This document shows, piece after piece, positions 16,756 to 27,914 of a DNA stretch of 60,008 nt. A program made the translations under genes and the position numbers. Where the stretch lies: IMG/VR virus record IMGVR_UViG_3300032330_000731, positions 1 through 60,008 of that record. The stretch is one strand, 5' to 3'. How positions within the stretch are numbered: the stretch's first letter is position 1; every line of letters starts with the position of its first letter. Under the pieces are notes generated by a model that worked only from the letters and a program-made list of their open reading frames with translations, had not been told where the DNA came from and did no database searches. Origin of the DNA: a virus (Duplodnaviria > Caudoviricetes).

Positions 16756-18624
16756 TTATTGCTTCTTGACGCCCAAAACGTTATACCCGCTAGCTTGAAC
16801 AGTTCCTGGCTTTAAAGGCTCTGGAAGACCAATCAGTCTATCAGACAGCAACCACTTGCGATACTGAAGGTTGTAATTCTGATCTTCAAAAAACTTATTT
16901 TGTTTAGCTTTTTCTTCTTCGTGAGCGCTTTTGACCGCATCCCATTTCTTTTGTTCTTCTGGCGATCTTTTAAAACCAGCATCATCTTCAGCAGTTTTTG
17001 CTGGGTTATTTTTCCTAAATGTATCGTCTAATAGTTTGTTGGCCGTAGCATTGATCCTAGAGTTTTCAAGGATGCGAGATTCAATTGCATTGATGTCGCG
17101 GCTTTCCGTTGCAAGCTTACGACTTTCTGCATCAGCATGTGCTTTCATTTGAGCAATACTAAGATTTACAGCATTTGTAGCTTGATGAATTGCTGCTAGA
17201 CCTTTTTCACTCATTGACTTTGATTGCAAGTCTGCAATTTGCCTTTGAATATCGTTTTTGCTAATCCTGATTTTTTCATCACGATCATTCTTTGTGGCAA
17301 TATCACCAAGTAACATTGCCTTATTTCTCTCGTTAATCAACTCTCGTTGATTATTGATTTTGTCCATAAACTCTAGTTTCTTACCACCCCAAATAAGATC
17401 ATCAGCCTTTTGCAGCCTTTCAGCAGCTTGATAGGCTTGAGTGCCCCTAGCAAGACCAGAGAATAATGTTGGCGCACCACCAGAGTTGGTAAGCATGGTA
17501 ATTAGATTGTCCATGCCACGACTTTTATTTGCTTCAGTGCGAGCAGCTTCTTGGTTTGCAAACTCTTTTTCTAATGCGGCGGTACGAGCTTTAGATTCTG
17601 CGCCGTATAAATCTACACCCAAAGCCTTGGCGTCAGCTTCTCTTTCTGCCCGAAGTTGTTGAGTGGTATATGCGGTTGGAAGATTTTTTTGTTGTTCATT
17701 AACCGCATCAAGGGCGGCTTTTTTGTCTGCTTCCATTGCGCTTAGGTCTACTTTACCAAGAGCAGTCGCAAGCGATCCAAGACCGCCTGTGCTGGGCCGA
17801 GCAGGGAAATTAAGACGCTGTGCGGGTGCGGCTTGAGGGGCAGCTTGAGGAGTAGCTTGAGGAGTAGTTTGAGATACTTGGCGTTCCAATGCCCTAAGTT
17901 GCTCAAGACTAAGCCTTGGTCCTTCTGTGGGCTTAGGTTCTTGTTTATCTTCTGTCACCCCACCAGCCCTGCGCAGTGCGTCAGAAATTGGTGTAAAGCT
18001 TACATCACTCCCCTCTGCCTTGCGCTTCCATTCTGGAGTGCTAGCTGCAGCCAATGCCCGTACCGTATTAACTGGCAAACTAAGAACATCAATTGCGCCC
18101 GTTACAGGAAGACCGGCATATGCTAGCAACTTCTTAAGATCAGACGCCTTTTTTGGTTCATCAATAACTTCAGACTGCGGTGCTTCGACAAACTCACCCA
18201 TTGTCCCGTTAAATCCTACAACACCGCCATGTTGAAACTTCATGTTTCTTGCGCTTAAAGACGCAATACCACCGCGAGCCATCTGCTGCGGTTGTTGGCT
18301 TGCCATCTGCATAAGCTGTTTTTGTAATTGAGCTTGTTGCGCAGCTTTAATTTGATCAGCAACATTGGCGCGCATTGCCACTTCACCCATAGGGGTGTTA
18401 GGGACGTTTTGAATTACTTCGCCTGGAGCTTCTGAAGACTGATTAAGCGCAGCAAGGCCCTGCTGTTGAATTTGCTGTGCAACAGTCCCAGAGGGGGCTT
18501 GATTTGATTCAGCTTGTTGACTGCGTTGAAGTTCTTGCAGTCCTGCGTTGATTTTAAATAAAGCTTTAAGAGGCTCTGAAGCCTCTGCTTTCCTTGATTG
18601 CTCTGCAAAAAACGGGGTATTCAT
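16756..18624 (-). CDS. putative internal virion/ejection protein
   Basis: Q/A/K-rich coiled coil; position before the giant protein; MARGG and FQHGG motifs. Confidence 0.7.
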   Translation of the reverse strand: MNTPFFAEQSRKAEASEPLKALFKINAGLQELQRSQQAESNQAPSGTVAQQIQQQGLAALNQSSEAPGEVIQNVPNTPMGEVAMRANVADQIKAAQQAQLQKQLMQMASQQPQQMARGGIASLSARNMKFQHGGVVGFNGTMGEFVEAPQSEVIDEPKKASDLKKLLAYAGLPVTGAIDVLSLPVNTVRALAAASTPEWKRKAEGSDVSFTPISDALRRAGGVTEDKQEPKPTEGPRLSLEQLRALERQVSQTTPQATPQAAPQAAPAQRLNFPARPSTGGLGSLATALGKVDLSAMEADKKAALDAVNEQQKNLPTAYTTQQLRAEREADAKALGVDLYGAESKARTAALEKEFANQEAARTEANKSRGMDNLITMLTNSGGAPTLFSGLARGTQAYQAAERLQKADDLIWGGKKLEFMDKINNQRELINERNKAMLLGDIATKNDRDEKIRISKNDIQRQIADLQSKSMSEKGLAAIHQATNAVNLSIAQMKAHADAESRKLATESRDINAIESRILENSRINATANKLLDDTFRKNNPAKTAEDDAGFKRSPEEQKKWDAVKSAHEEEKAKQNKFFEDQNYNLQYRKWLLSDRLIGLPEPLKPGTVQASGYNVLGVKKQ

Positions 18625-18635
18625 TGCATTTCTCC

Positions 18636-20414
18636 TTAACCCGGCTTCACCGCAGTATCAACTGCTTTTTGCGTATTGAGGATTGCACCAATCCCCGCCG
18701 CAAGATCAGAGAATAATGAACCATTATCAGTGGCAGTCTGCGAAGAAATTGGCAGGCCAGTAAGAAGGCTTTGTTGAAACTGTAGTTGTTTATACGGATA
18801 CAGTTGAGCCTCTTGAAACTGACTGCGCTCTGCATCAAGAGCAGATTGTTCAATGGCACTTTGAGTTGCCCCTGCGCCAAGTTGAGCGTTTAGATTAGCC
18901 AAGCCTGCTTGATTCTGCTGAAGTCCTAGATTGCCTAACGCAGTGCCTGCATTAAGCTGTCCTTGTAGTCCGCTTAGGCCAAGGTTAGCACCAAATTGTT
19001 TAGATTGCTCAGTGCCTTGTTGCGCTTGCAAACCTAAACCTTGCTGCTTGTTAAACATATCCATCGCATTATTAAACGCGGTGTTGTATCCTTGCCCAGT
19101 GATGTTGGCTAAATTTTGACCTAAATTACGCTGAGTTTCTGTGTCCATCAGAAAACCACGCGAACCCCCAAAAGCACCTGCCTGGGTAGCTTTAGCCGCG
19201 TTCTGCATCTGGGTAATTTGTGACTGACGCCGCGCTTCTTCAAGCTGTGGCTCCAATGACATTTGCAGATACGGGTTCATATACTGCTGCACATTAGCAG
19301 TATTAAACTGATCTACATTAAACTTGGTTGGGTCATACTTTAAATTGCCCAGCTTATCACCAACTGAGCTAATCATATTTGCGCCCTGACCTACAGAGAC
19401 AGGCATGCTTAAATTAGACGCAGCATTAAATGCTTGTTGTTGCAGCGGGGAAGTTCCTGCAGTTAGTTGACCGCCATAAGCCTCATAAGGCTTGTTAGAA
19501 AGGGCAGCACCCTTCTCTAGCATACTGCCAACATAAGGCTGAACCCAAGGCGATAGACTACTAGAGACAGTCCCTGGCGCAGTAACCCTTGCAGCCCCGC
19601 CAGTCTCAAAAGCAACCTGCCCACCTTCTGCGTAGTTGTTTAAATTAGCTGAGTAGTTGTTTAAACTAGCAAGGCCACCGGGCATAAATTTATTAGGATC
19701 AATCTTTTTGCCTTGTTTTTTATTACCTGTCCGTGCTTGCCTAACACGATCAAGCATTTTATACAGTACATCTGCGCCTGCATCAGAATTGCCATTCCCA
19801 AGATGAGACACAACATCCGCAGGAACAACAAATTCTCCATGACTTAGCTTTGCAGGCTGTACACCATCAATGCTGGTGTCAAGCTTATCTGCCATGCCAT
19901 CTGTTTTGCCGCTTAAATAGTTTGTTGCGCCGCCAGAGGCTAGGCCCATTAGACCGCCTTCTGCAGCAAAAACAGGTGAACCATACTGTTGACCCATTGC
20001 TCCAGCCCCGTAAGCGCGAGGCGCAGGCTTATTACCAGTGCCCGGAGCAAAGGTATATTTATTCATGTTAATTGGCGTCTGCGTGACTTGATTAGCATTC
20101 CTTTGTTTGTTCTTTTGCAATGCGTCAAGAAGGCCAAGTAATCCTACCGCAGTCCCGGCGTAAGTGCCAAGAGAACTTTTGCCGGATAAAAAATTCTTTA
20201 ATGCTTTTACAACAGAAGAATCAGGGGCACTAGCGCCTGTAACGGCACCAATACCGCTACCTCCGCTCAAAGTACCGTCTGGATTAAGAATTACTCCTAC
20301 ATCACCACCACCGGGGGCGCCATAGTTAAAGTCACTATCATACCCGCCAGAACTGTAATCAATATCTTGCGTTGGATAAACGTATGTATTGATGTCAAAA
20401 TCTTCATCAGGCAT
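18636..20414 (-). CDS. putative DNA ejection/pilot protein
   Basis: DGMAD...AKLSHGEFVVPADVVSHLGNG; YMNPY; GAFGGSR; Q/G/A-rich. Confidence 0.75.
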   Translation of the reverse strand: MPDEDFDINTYVYPTQDIDYSSGGYDSDFNYGAPGGGDVGVILNPDGTLSGGSGIGAVTGASAPDSSVVKALKNFLSGKSSLGTYAGTAVGLLGLLDALQKNKQRNANQVTQTPINMNKYTFAPGTGNKPAPRAYGAGAMGQQYGSPVFAAEGGLMGLASGGATNYLSGKTDGMADKLDTSIDGVQPAKLSHGEFVVPADVVSHLGNGNSDAGADVLYKMLDRVRQARTGNKKQGKKIDPNKFMPGGLASLNNYSANLNNYAEGGQVAFETGGAARVTAPGTVSSSLSPWVQPYVGSMLEKGAALSNKPYEAYGGQLTAGTSPLQQQAFNAASNLSMPVSVGQGANMISSVGDKLGNLKYDPTKFNVDQFNTANVQQYMNPYLQMSLEPQLEEARRQSQITQMQNAAKATQAGAFGGSRGFLMDTETQRNLGQNLANITGQGYNTAFNNAMDMFNKQQGLGLQAQQGTEQSKQFGANLGLSGLQGQLNAGTALGNLGLQQNQAGLANLNAQLGAGATQSAIEQSALDAERSQFQEAQLYPYKQLQFQQSLLTGLPISSQTATDNGSLFSDLAAGIGAILNTQKAVDTAVKPG

Positions 20415-20416
20415 GA

Positions 20417-22252
20417 TTAACCCTTGCGTTGTAGTAAGCGGACCAGATCATCCATAGAGCCGGATGATGAGTCTTGGTAAAAAGAATTTGGGTCAAAGTT
20501 TAACCCTTTTACTAGCTCCATGGGAAGTGGCTTAGATTCTTTTCCACCCATTCCTAATAGCATCATAAGACTAGCCAAGTCAAAATCATCATTTTGGCTT
20601 TTTGTAGGTGCATTGGTGATGGGTTTTTCACTAGCCTTGTTTACACCAGTGACTTTATTTTTATCAACATCTCCAGCCTTAATGTCTGGGATAGTGCCTG
20701 TGACATCTTTTGGCAAAGCATTTAATACATTACCTAAGTCTAAATCTACAGGCGGCTGAATCGCAGTTACTTCTCTTTGGACAGGGTTGTACGGGTTACT
20801 TTCAGTTTTACCTGTAATCTCTACTTGCTGCTGTTCCTGCCCTTGAGAGATAGGAGGGGGCGCACCATCGTACCCTGGCGGGACATAAGCGTCTCCACCG
20901 GGCGTTTTTTGCCCTGTAACTTCTACCTGTGCCAAAAGGTCTTCAAGAGTCTGCGCTGGTTCTGTTTGCGTGTCTGCTGGGTAGGAAGCCTCAACACCGT
21001 CCCCGCCGTCATCAAACCCATCGTCACCAAAACTGTCGCCTTTACCTGCATCGGGCTTGCCGGTTTTTGTGCCAAATGTACCTACAAGGTTTACAAAATC
21101 ATTTGGAGTTAATTCATTGCCACGCAAAACTTTAGATGCAATACCAAGACCAGCCTGAACTTGATTTAAAGGCAGTTTGTATTCGTCAGAAATGCCTTGT
21201 GCAACAGCGGGGATTAGTGAATTTACAACATCAACATTTCCACCTGTGATTCCTGCTTTTGCTAAACCACCTGCAAGCCCGCCGATGCCTTTTACAATTG
21301 CGTTATCAACATTTGCATTGACGTTTATATTGTCTGGCAATACGTTACCAACAGCATTACTAACACCTGACCCTACGCCGCCAGCTAACGCGCCGGTAAG
21401 TAGATCGTTGTAATTGCCACTAATTACAGCACCGGGCAAAGCACCTGCTGCGCCTTTGACTGCGCCAGAGGCAGCGTCAGCCAACCACGCTGGGCCACCA
21501 GCGTTTGCGACACCTGATGCAGCAGAGGATGCTAAAGGCGCCGCAGCCCCACCAACTCCACCAGTTAAGCCGCCTGTTAAAATGCCTTTTAAAACATCCC
21601 CACCCTGAATGCCTGCGTTAATACCACCAGAAATGGCACCTGAAGCAATACCTGTAGAGATAGCCCCCGGTGCTGCTACACCAAGTGCGCCTAATAATGG
21701 CCCAGCAAGTGCGCCGCCACTTATGGCAGCAATACCAAGTGGTACAAGTCTTTCAAACCAGCTTGGTTTATCTACATACTTATTGATATTACCAATAGTG
21801 TTTCCGGATTTGTCAAGCAGCGCCATTTGCTGCTCAGGTCCAATATTACGATAACCAAAAGAATATTGATTGTCGTTCAACCATTTTTTAAACGCAGGTG
21901 AATAGACAGATTCTTCTCCGTATCCAAGGCGAGTTGCAATAGCCTCACCTTCGCCCACTGGATCGTATTTTGTATACCAATGGTTATTTGGGTTTATTAA
22001 ATCACCAGAATAGCCTGCCTGCCCAAAAGCAGGTTTAAGCGCATTAAAATAATTACTGATTGCCTCATCATCAGCAACATCATTTCCAGAAGTTGCTCCT
22101 GTTAATTTAACAATATTCCAAGCTGGTCCTTGCGTAGCTACGGGGGCAGCTATAGGGGCGGGCATTGGTTTAAATGACTTCTGCGGGGCAGTAGGAGTAT
22201 TAACAATATCTACTAAGTCTTCATTGTAAAGACCTGGGTTGTTCTGTGACAT
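20417..22252 (-). CDS. Gly/Ala-rich putative internal virion protein
   Basis: glycine-zipper-like hydrophobic core; position in the ejection cluster. Confidence 0.65.
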   Translation of the reverse strand: MSQNNPGLYNEDLVDIVNTPTAPQKSFKPMPAPIAAPVATQGPAWNIVKLTGATSGNDVADDEAISNYFNALKPAFGQAGYSGDLINPNNHWYTKYDPVGEGEAIATRLGYGEESVYSPAFKKWLNDNQYSFGYRNIGPEQQMALLDKSGNTIGNINKYVDKPSWFERLVPLGIAAISGGALAGPLLGALGVAAPGAISTGIASGAISGGINAGIQGGDVLKGILTGGLTGGVGGAAAPLASSAASGVANAGGPAWLADAASGAVKGAAGALPGAVISGNYNDLLTGALAGGVGSGVSNAVGNVLPDNINVNANVDNAIVKGIGGLAGGLAKAGITGGNVDVVNSLIPAVAQGISDEYKLPLNQVQAGLGIASKVLRGNELTPNDFVNLVGTFGTKTGKPDAGKGDSFGDDGFDDGGDGVEASYPADTQTEPAQTLEDLLAQVEVTGQKTPGGDAYVPPGYDGAPPPISQGQEQQQVEITGKTESNPYNPVQREVTAIQPPVDLDLGNVLNALPKDVTGTIPDIKAGDVDKNKVTGVNKASEKPITNAPTKSQNDDFDLASLMMLLGMGGKESKPLPMELVKGLNFDPNSFYQDSSSGSMDDLVRLLQRKG

Positions 22253-22262
22253 GCTCTACTCC

Positions 22263-23627
22263 TTACCGCTGTTCAATCCAAGTCAATGAACCGACCATAT
22301 CTTTGTTAGTAGTTGTAGCCGCAGCAGCTAATGTAAGGGTGTCGCTGACAGTGCCTAATGAACTACGGCCAAGTTGGTAAACAGTATCTGGGTCTAGTGT
22401 ATTAACTACACCACCACTAGAGTTGGGTATAAACCCACTAAATAAATCTGTGCCGTTGGTGATGGCCCCGGTACTTGTGTAGTTGTATTGCGCAAAAGAA
22501 TTTGCATCTGGCATATCTACCCAAGTCCCATTTACTGTGGCATTACGAATGATCTTAAAAAAGATATTAGCATTGTCTAAAGTAGCAACTTGGAATGATG
22601 TAGGCAGTACAACACCTTGAAGTGCAGTGCTTTTTAGTCGAATGCTAACAACTGGATAAAATGTATTCGCCGCAGCGGCTCTAATACCCGCTAATGGAGT
22701 TAGGATATTTTGCCCGATGCCTAACTTAACTGTGCTGCCATCAGAGATAAGCGAGTTAGAACCTTGCCATAAATAGTGCGTACCCGCTGCGCCTGTTGTG
22801 TTCTTAATTTCTAAGCGAATAGGCAGGAATGGTGTTCTGCACCAAGGCGCGGTCTGTAAATTGGCTGAACTAAACGTTTGAACAGTGATAGGGTTACCGT
22901 CAATAATGAATTGGAAAATTACTTGCCCCGCACCGTACCACTCATACTGCACATTGATTAACTGAATTGCTGCAGGATCGGCAGTAATACCACTAGCACC
23001 AGTGCCGTCTAATTTATCGCCATTCCAATTAGCGCGTGTTACACGGTTGTACACCGTTGACCCTGAAGTGTTGCTAACAATTACGCAGGAATAAACCCCG
23101 CCATCGTCCTCAAAAAAGAACCCGTTATTGCCGTCAAAAAGACCAAAGCGCCTACGAATCCCTACTACTGGGGTTTGTAAACGCACAGAAAAAGCTAATG
23201 AAGAGGAGCGACCAGGGATATACCGCTGCACAATTAATGTCTGCCGAATACACTCAGAATTTGTAGTAGAAGTAACTGCCATTTGCACAGAGCTAGTAGC
23301 AGCTTCAAACGTGGCAGTACCCCCACTAACTGTGCTGGTTTCCCATACATCAGTCTCAAGGCCAAACTGAAATGTATTGAAAAAGATAGTCTGCGGATTG
23401 GTTACATGTAAACGTCCCCGGCTATCATAGGTGCCTACATACAGCGGATCAGCTTCAGTGCCAGCGGGAATGATGGTCGCCACAATCTGCCCTATCAGTT
23501 GGTCTAGTTGGTTGAAGTACAGACGAAGGATATTAGCCATCTGATTAGTGGCTAGTTCGTTGTACTCTTTAGTAGCTAACGGGAGCGCAGGCGCCCGAAA
23601 GTTTTTAACAAGTGATAGTAGTCCCAT
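22263..23627 (-). CDS. virion structural protein
   Basis: APALPLA..EY.......LRLYFNQLD N-terminus followed by a beta-rich domain (RYIPG, DKLDGTG.SG). Confidence 0.7.
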   Translation of the reverse strand: MGLLSLVKNFRAPALPLATKEYNELATNQMANILRLYFNQLDQLIGQIVATIIPAGTEADPLYVGTYDSRGRLHVTNPQTIFFNTFQFGLETDVWETSTVSGGTATFEAATSSVQMAVTSTTNSECIRQTLIVQRYIPGRSSSLAFSVRLQTPVVGIRRRFGLFDGNNGFFFEDDGGVYSCVIVSNTSGSTVYNRVTRANWNGDKLDGTGASGITADPAAIQLINVQYEWYGAGQVIFQFIIDGNPITVQTFSSANLQTAPWCRTPFLPIRLEIKNTTGAAGTHYLWQGSNSLISDGSTVKLGIGQNILTPLAGIRAAAANTFYPVVSIRLKSTALQGVVLPTSFQVATLDNANIFFKIIRNATVNGTWVDMPDANSFAQYNYTSTGAITNGTDLFSGFIPNSSGGVVNTLDPDTVYQLGRSSLGTVSDTLTLAAAATTTNKDMVGSLTWIEQR

Positions 23628-25501
23628 CAACGTCGGCCATCAAGTTTGACATCGAGTCGTGGCGCACCTAGCTGCCACTGCACACCTAGCGCGCTAGATT
23701 CCACTTTAAACGCCATTTGGCGTCCACGGACACGGATGTTAATCTGCCCAGTGAATTGGTCTACATAAGCGCTTGTGGCGGTTCTAGTGACTGTTCCTGA
23801 GCTACTGCCCCCTTGAGACTGCGGATTGTTGTACCCTGAACCTGAGTTTTGCAATGGTAGCAAAGTCATGGTTACATTGGGACTGCTGGCAGTGGAGCTA
23901 CGGAAGTTAATGTCCGGTAGTACCCGCCACACAAACCCAAAGTTATGACCGTCATCAATGTCAAATTCAGAAGATGTAATATACGCGGCAATTGGGGCTG
24001 GTGTTAGCGCAGCGTTATCGTCAATGCCAGTTTCTTGGTAGATTAGGCGGCCATTATAATCAGCCGACACAGGTACACTAGACACCACGCTATCATCTAC
24101 CCAAGCAGTACGGGCTAATGTGCCGTCATACCAAGCATTTTCTAAGTAGTTGTAAACCACATAGCGATTAATAGTATTGCTATCTGCAGTGCAGTAGAAC
24201 CACCAAATTTCATTAAATTGCTCTACCGTAGAGGCAAATACTTGCTGTAGCTGGCCAAAGTTAAAGTCGCTAAATACAGACGCTCTTAGATCACAATTTA
24301 ATGTTTCAGTACGCCCGCTGTATTTATAGAACTTCTCATCCCCCATCCAGTAAGTTACACCTGATGCAGTAGCCCATGCACGGTCACTAACGATAGAAAT
24401 GTTGTCAGCTAGTAGCTGAGAACCCCAGACAATAGGCGCCCCTAGATACTGCAAAGAGTACATAGAGGTATCAGTCCAAATCAAAATTTCTTGACGTACC
24501 TGCGCTACAGCTTGGATGGATGAGCCATGTGATAATAGTAGGCTACCTGCCTGATTGGTAGTTTCGGGGTACCACTCAACTGCGTTTTCTTGGTCAGACC
24601 AGCGGATTAGCATTGGGCTTTTATCTACCGAATCATAAGGATTAGTGCCAAATGCCAACACAAATCTAGATGCGTCAGATACTAGGATGTTGTCTGCCAT
24701 CAATGGCACAAATGAGGCTCCTGGCCGCGAGGACAAAAGCACTCCACGGCTGGCGAGTCCTGATGAAGCGGGCCAGTAATATAAGGCACCGCCCCTGGGT
24801 CCGTAGATTAGGTCGGTACCAAAGTTGTAAGCATTCCAGACACGAAGTGATGAATTAGCACCCACTTCTCCGATGCCCCAACCACCAGCACCCCAACCAC
24901 CAGCACCCCAACCAATTGCGGGTAGTTGAATTGCAGCCCCAACATTTACTTGGTAAGCAGCAACAGTTGACCCGCCACCATTGCCTGAATCTGCGGACGT
25001 TGCATTAACAGCCGCAGTGATGGTATAGGTATTTACTGTTAATACAGTAATTTGATATTCTTTGTTTAACACTGCGGCAGTGACATTCCCGCCCAGTGAT
25101 ACAGCCCCACTAAATGTAACAAAATCACCAGTAATGCCACCGTGCGCTGTATTAGTTACAGTGATAACAGTGTTAGAGGAAATGTTAGCAGCAACACTGG
25201 CTGCAAAAGTTACTGCGCCTGCAGCCGTAGTAGTACGAATAGGTGTAATGTCGTAATACGCGCCGCTAAACTGAACGTAATACTTTAAATTAGTGCCTGT
25301 GCCGATGTAAACAGACCAGGGCCATAAAGACCTACATACACCCAGGTATTGTGAATCAGAAATACGCTGCCATCCGCCGATCTTTTCGGGGGTGCCTTGA
25401 CGGAATCTAACCTTGTCGCATTCATACCAACCGCCTTCGGTTGTGTAGCGGGTATTCTCTCGATTTACACCCGACTTAAATAACAACTTTTTTAGCGGCA
25501 T
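23627..25501 (-). CDS. tail nozzle / P22 gp10-like head-stabilisation protein
   Basis: beta-propeller-like; RFRQG.PEKIGGW; IRWSDQE; RVRGRQ. Confidence 0.75.
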   Translation of the reverse strand: MPLKKLLFKSGVNRENTRYTTEGGWYECDKVRFRQGTPEKIGGWQRISDSQYLGVCRSLWPWSVYIGTGTNLKYYVQFSGAYYDITPIRTTTAAGAVTFAASVAANISSNTVITVTNTAHGGITGDFVTFSGAVSLGGNVTAAVLNKEYQITVLTVNTYTITAAVNATSADSGNGGGSTVAAYQVNVGAAIQLPAIGWGAGGWGAGGWGIGEVGANSSLRVWNAYNFGTDLIYGPRGGALYYWPASSGLASRGVLLSSRPGASFVPLMADNILVSDASRFVLAFGTNPYDSVDKSPMLIRWSDQENAVEWYPETTNQAGSLLLSHGSSIQAVAQVRQEILIWTDTSMYSLQYLGAPIVWGSQLLADNISIVSDRAWATASGVTYWMGDEKFYKYSGRTETLNCDLRASVFSDFNFGQLQQVFASTVEQFNEIWWFYCTADSNTINRYVVYNYLENAWYDGTLARTAWVDDSVVSSVPVSADYNGRLIYQETGIDDNAALTPAPIAAYITSSEFDIDDGHNFGFVWRVLPDINFRSSTASSPNVTMTLLPLQNSGSGYNNPQSQGGSSSGTVTRTATSAYVDQFTGQINIRVRGRQMAFKVESSALGVQWQLGAPRLDVKLDGRR

Positions 25502-25508
25502 ATAGACC

Positions 25509-25892
25509 TTACTTGGTTACACCCTTGATTTTTTCAAAACTGCGCAACCCGCCTAACCCCAACATACCAAGCATAAGCTGCCATAGGTTATCATCAATCC
25601 CCGGCAGTGTGGGCCAATTATTTCCTGTGATGACCCCTACCCACATTAGCATGGGTCTAAAAATATACTGGAAAGCTAAAGCTAATGCACATACCCAGCC
25701 AATTGCAGGGCGCCATCCAGAGGTAAATGGGCTAGGATTACTTGCTTCTGCTTTGTTTATATCAAGCTGACCTTGGACAATAGCGACTGCAGCAGCTAAC
25801 TGCGCAGCTTCCTGTGCTGATTTATCAGGCCAAATTTTGTTAATAACTGTTGTGGCTAAGTCTACACCAGCAGTAAGAGGGTCTAAGGCCAT
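25509..25892 (-). CDS. 3TM holin (GTA-type holin family)
   Basis: GQLDINKAEA...F.SGWRPAIGWVC...LLGMLGLGGLRSFEK. Confidence 0.85.
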   Translation of the reverse strand: MALDPLTAGVDLATTVINKIWPDKSAQEAAQLAAAVAIVQGQLDINKAEASNPSPFTSGWRPAIGWVCALALAFQYIFRPMLMWVGVITGNNWPTLPGIDDNLWQLMLGMLGLGGLRSFEKIKGVTK

Positions 25893-25924
25893 ATTATGTC
25901 CAAAGAGTTGATTTCATAAAGGTG

Positions 25925-26818
25925 TTAAGCTAACGTGATATTAGCCACCCGTGTCGTGCCATCACTCCCGCGTACACTAATACGTAAATTAGTATTGCTA
26001 GTTAGATTAAAAACCATCTGTTGGTTTGTTGCTAATGTAGGTGGTGTAGTTTGGGCAATTGGGATCATGTTCCCGCTGCTGTCAATCTGCATGCGCTCAA
26101 GTCCCGATGTGCCGAAAACCATTTTGGCACTGGACAAGTTAAAAATATAAGCATCATTAGCTGAGTTTTGTTGGATATTAAGACCCCCAACGCCCGGGGT
26201 ATTATTGTTGGCAGCTAACTCCAAGCTTGCGGATGATGTTGACGCCGAACGAATTACTACCAGATTATTTGATGCGTTATAAACATCTAACTTATAGCCT
26301 GCTGTTGGCGCGGCCCCAATACCAACATTCCCGCTAGCATCTTTATAAAGCTGCCCGCTACCTAAATTAACAACACCAGTGCCACCAGTGAATGTGCCGG
26401 TATAGCTTAGGTTAGTAATATTATCTACAGCTTCGCGGACGTTTGTACCGTCGCACAATACCACCATTGATTTACCGTTGGGGATGCTGACAGTTGTTCC
26501 AGACCCTATGGTTACAGTGATTGCGAACCCGCCAGTTGTATTGTTCCTAATAAAATACAGTTTACTCCTGGCCGGAATAGTTACAGTACCCGTCGCCGTA
26601 AGAGTACCAGTAACATTTAACATCATACTACGAGCCTGGTTTGCCGCCCCATCTGTAGTAGTTAGAGTGGCCGCATTACTAGTAGTTGGTACACCTGTAT
26701 ACCCCGCAATAGCTGAATCAATTAAGCTGGTTGTGCCATTGTTTATAGTCGTGCCCCAGCCAGTATCACCGTCAGCGGGCAGAGTTAAACCTAATAGGGG
26801 GGTATAAGTGGCGGTCAT
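25925..26818 (-). CDS. tail fibre-like protein
   Basis: LGLTLPA.G...WG...N N-terminus; GNVGIG and ERMQIDSSGN fibre repeats. Confidence 0.75.
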   Translation of the reverse strand: MTATYTPLLGLTLPADGDTGWGTTINNGTTSLIDSAIAGYTGVPTTSNAATLTTTDGAANQARSMMLNVTGTLTATGTVTIPARSKLYFIRNNTTGGFAITVTIGSGTTVSIPNGKSMVVLCDGTNVREAVDNITNLSYTGTFTGGTGVVNLGSGQLYKDASGNVGIGAAPTAGYKLDVYNASNNLVVIRSASTSSASLELAANNNTPGVGGLNIQQNSANDAYIFNLSSAKMVFGTSGLERMQIDSSGNMIPIAQTTPPTLATNQQMVFNLTSNTNLRISVRGSDGTTRVANITLA

Positions 26819-26826
26819 AGTTTGTC

Positions 26827-27240
26827 TCAGCTAAAGCGGATTACAGCAGTTGTGGCAGAGCCTGGAGGAAAAGTAACTTTAAACGTCGCATTGGTCACAG
26901 ACCTATCTGCGCCAAAATCAAGTACAGCAATTGCTGTGTTACTTTGCGTGCTATCGTAGATCAATGCACCACGGGCTGTGATAGTAGCAAGCGGCCAGTA
27001 AACATCATCGAATGTGAGCCATCCGGTGTTACCAGAATATCCTGCAGTTCTGCCAGTTAAAGTCAGTCCACCAGCAGCATACCCAGAACCAACAATTTCA
27101 CCACTTGATGTATACGCAGTAGTAGAACTACTTAGATTGGCTAGACTGGTGTATAAAGCAATCTTTAATACATCGGTTGTTGGTAGGCCCCGTAAAAACA
27201 GAGCATTGCCCGCGCCACATAGACCTTGAATAATTGCCAT
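26827..27240 (-). CDS. virion structural protein
   Basis: KIALYT...TTAY...GE..G.GY.AGG; ARGALIY; VLDFGAD. Confidence 0.75.
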   Translation of the reverse strand: MAIIQGLCGAGNALFLRGLPTTDVLKIALYTSLANLSSSTTAYTSSGEIVGSGYAAGGLTLTGRTAGYSGNTGWLTFDDVYWPLATITARGALIYDSTQSNTAIAVLDFGADRSVTNATFKVTFPPGSATTAVIRFS

Positions 27241-27902
27241 TAGATCACCTGTGTACGCACTTGACCATTTCGGTAAGCATCTTGACGCAGCTTGCCATCA
27301 ACCAGATTCTTAAACAGGGTAAGTGACTGTTTGTATTGGTCCGCGTATAGAGCGACCATATCTTGCTCACCCTTCATAAAGCGGATAGCTTCTACCATTA
27401 CCCCGTTGAATAACACAGAGTCAAAGTTGGTACTTAGCCAAGTAGACCCTGCAGTAACAATAGTCTCAGGATAATATGAATAAGTGAGTGTTGCAGAGCC
27501 GCCTGATGCTAATGCTGTGGTTGGTGTAGGGCCAAGAATAAACGCCGTCAGAAGCTGATTTGCAGCTTGCGGACCATTAACAGCATAGTATTTAGGAGTG
27601 CCAGTCGTAGCCGGTGTTGGGTACGCTTCATAGATGAAGTTGGCATCCTTATTTACCAAGTAGTTATAGGCACCTGTGGTATCAATAACCGCGAGAGAGA
27701 ATGCGTTTAAAAAGTCAGACGGCGCATTTAAAACGTTGCTACCCCCGGTAAGGGATAGTGATTGCGTCTTGCGCATAATTGGTAGCTGAACAGAGTTATA
27801 AATCTTCTGTTCAGCTAGTTGAGTCATAGTGGCGAAGTCTACCGATGAAAACGTGTTTTCGGTGTAATCCTGTACAGCGACTTGTAATGCAGCGTAGTTC
27901 AT
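27240..27902 (-). CDS. head-tail adaptor / tail tubular protein A-like
   Basis: MNY..L...VQDYTEN; AEQKIYN; GTPKYYA; LGPTP; YYPE. Confidence 0.75.
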   Translation of the reverse strand: MNYAALQVAVQDYTENTFSSVDFATMTQLAEQKIYNSVQLPIMRKTQSLSLTGGSNVLNAPSDFLNAFSLAVIDTTGAYNYLVNKDANFIYEAYPTPATTGTPKYYAVNGPQAANQLLTAFILGPTPTTALASGGSATLTYSYYPETIVTAGSTWLSTNFDSVLFNGVMVEAIRFMKGEQDMVALYADQYKQSLTLFKNLVDGKLRQDAYRNGQVRTQVI

Positions 27903-27914
27903 CGCCACTCCTAT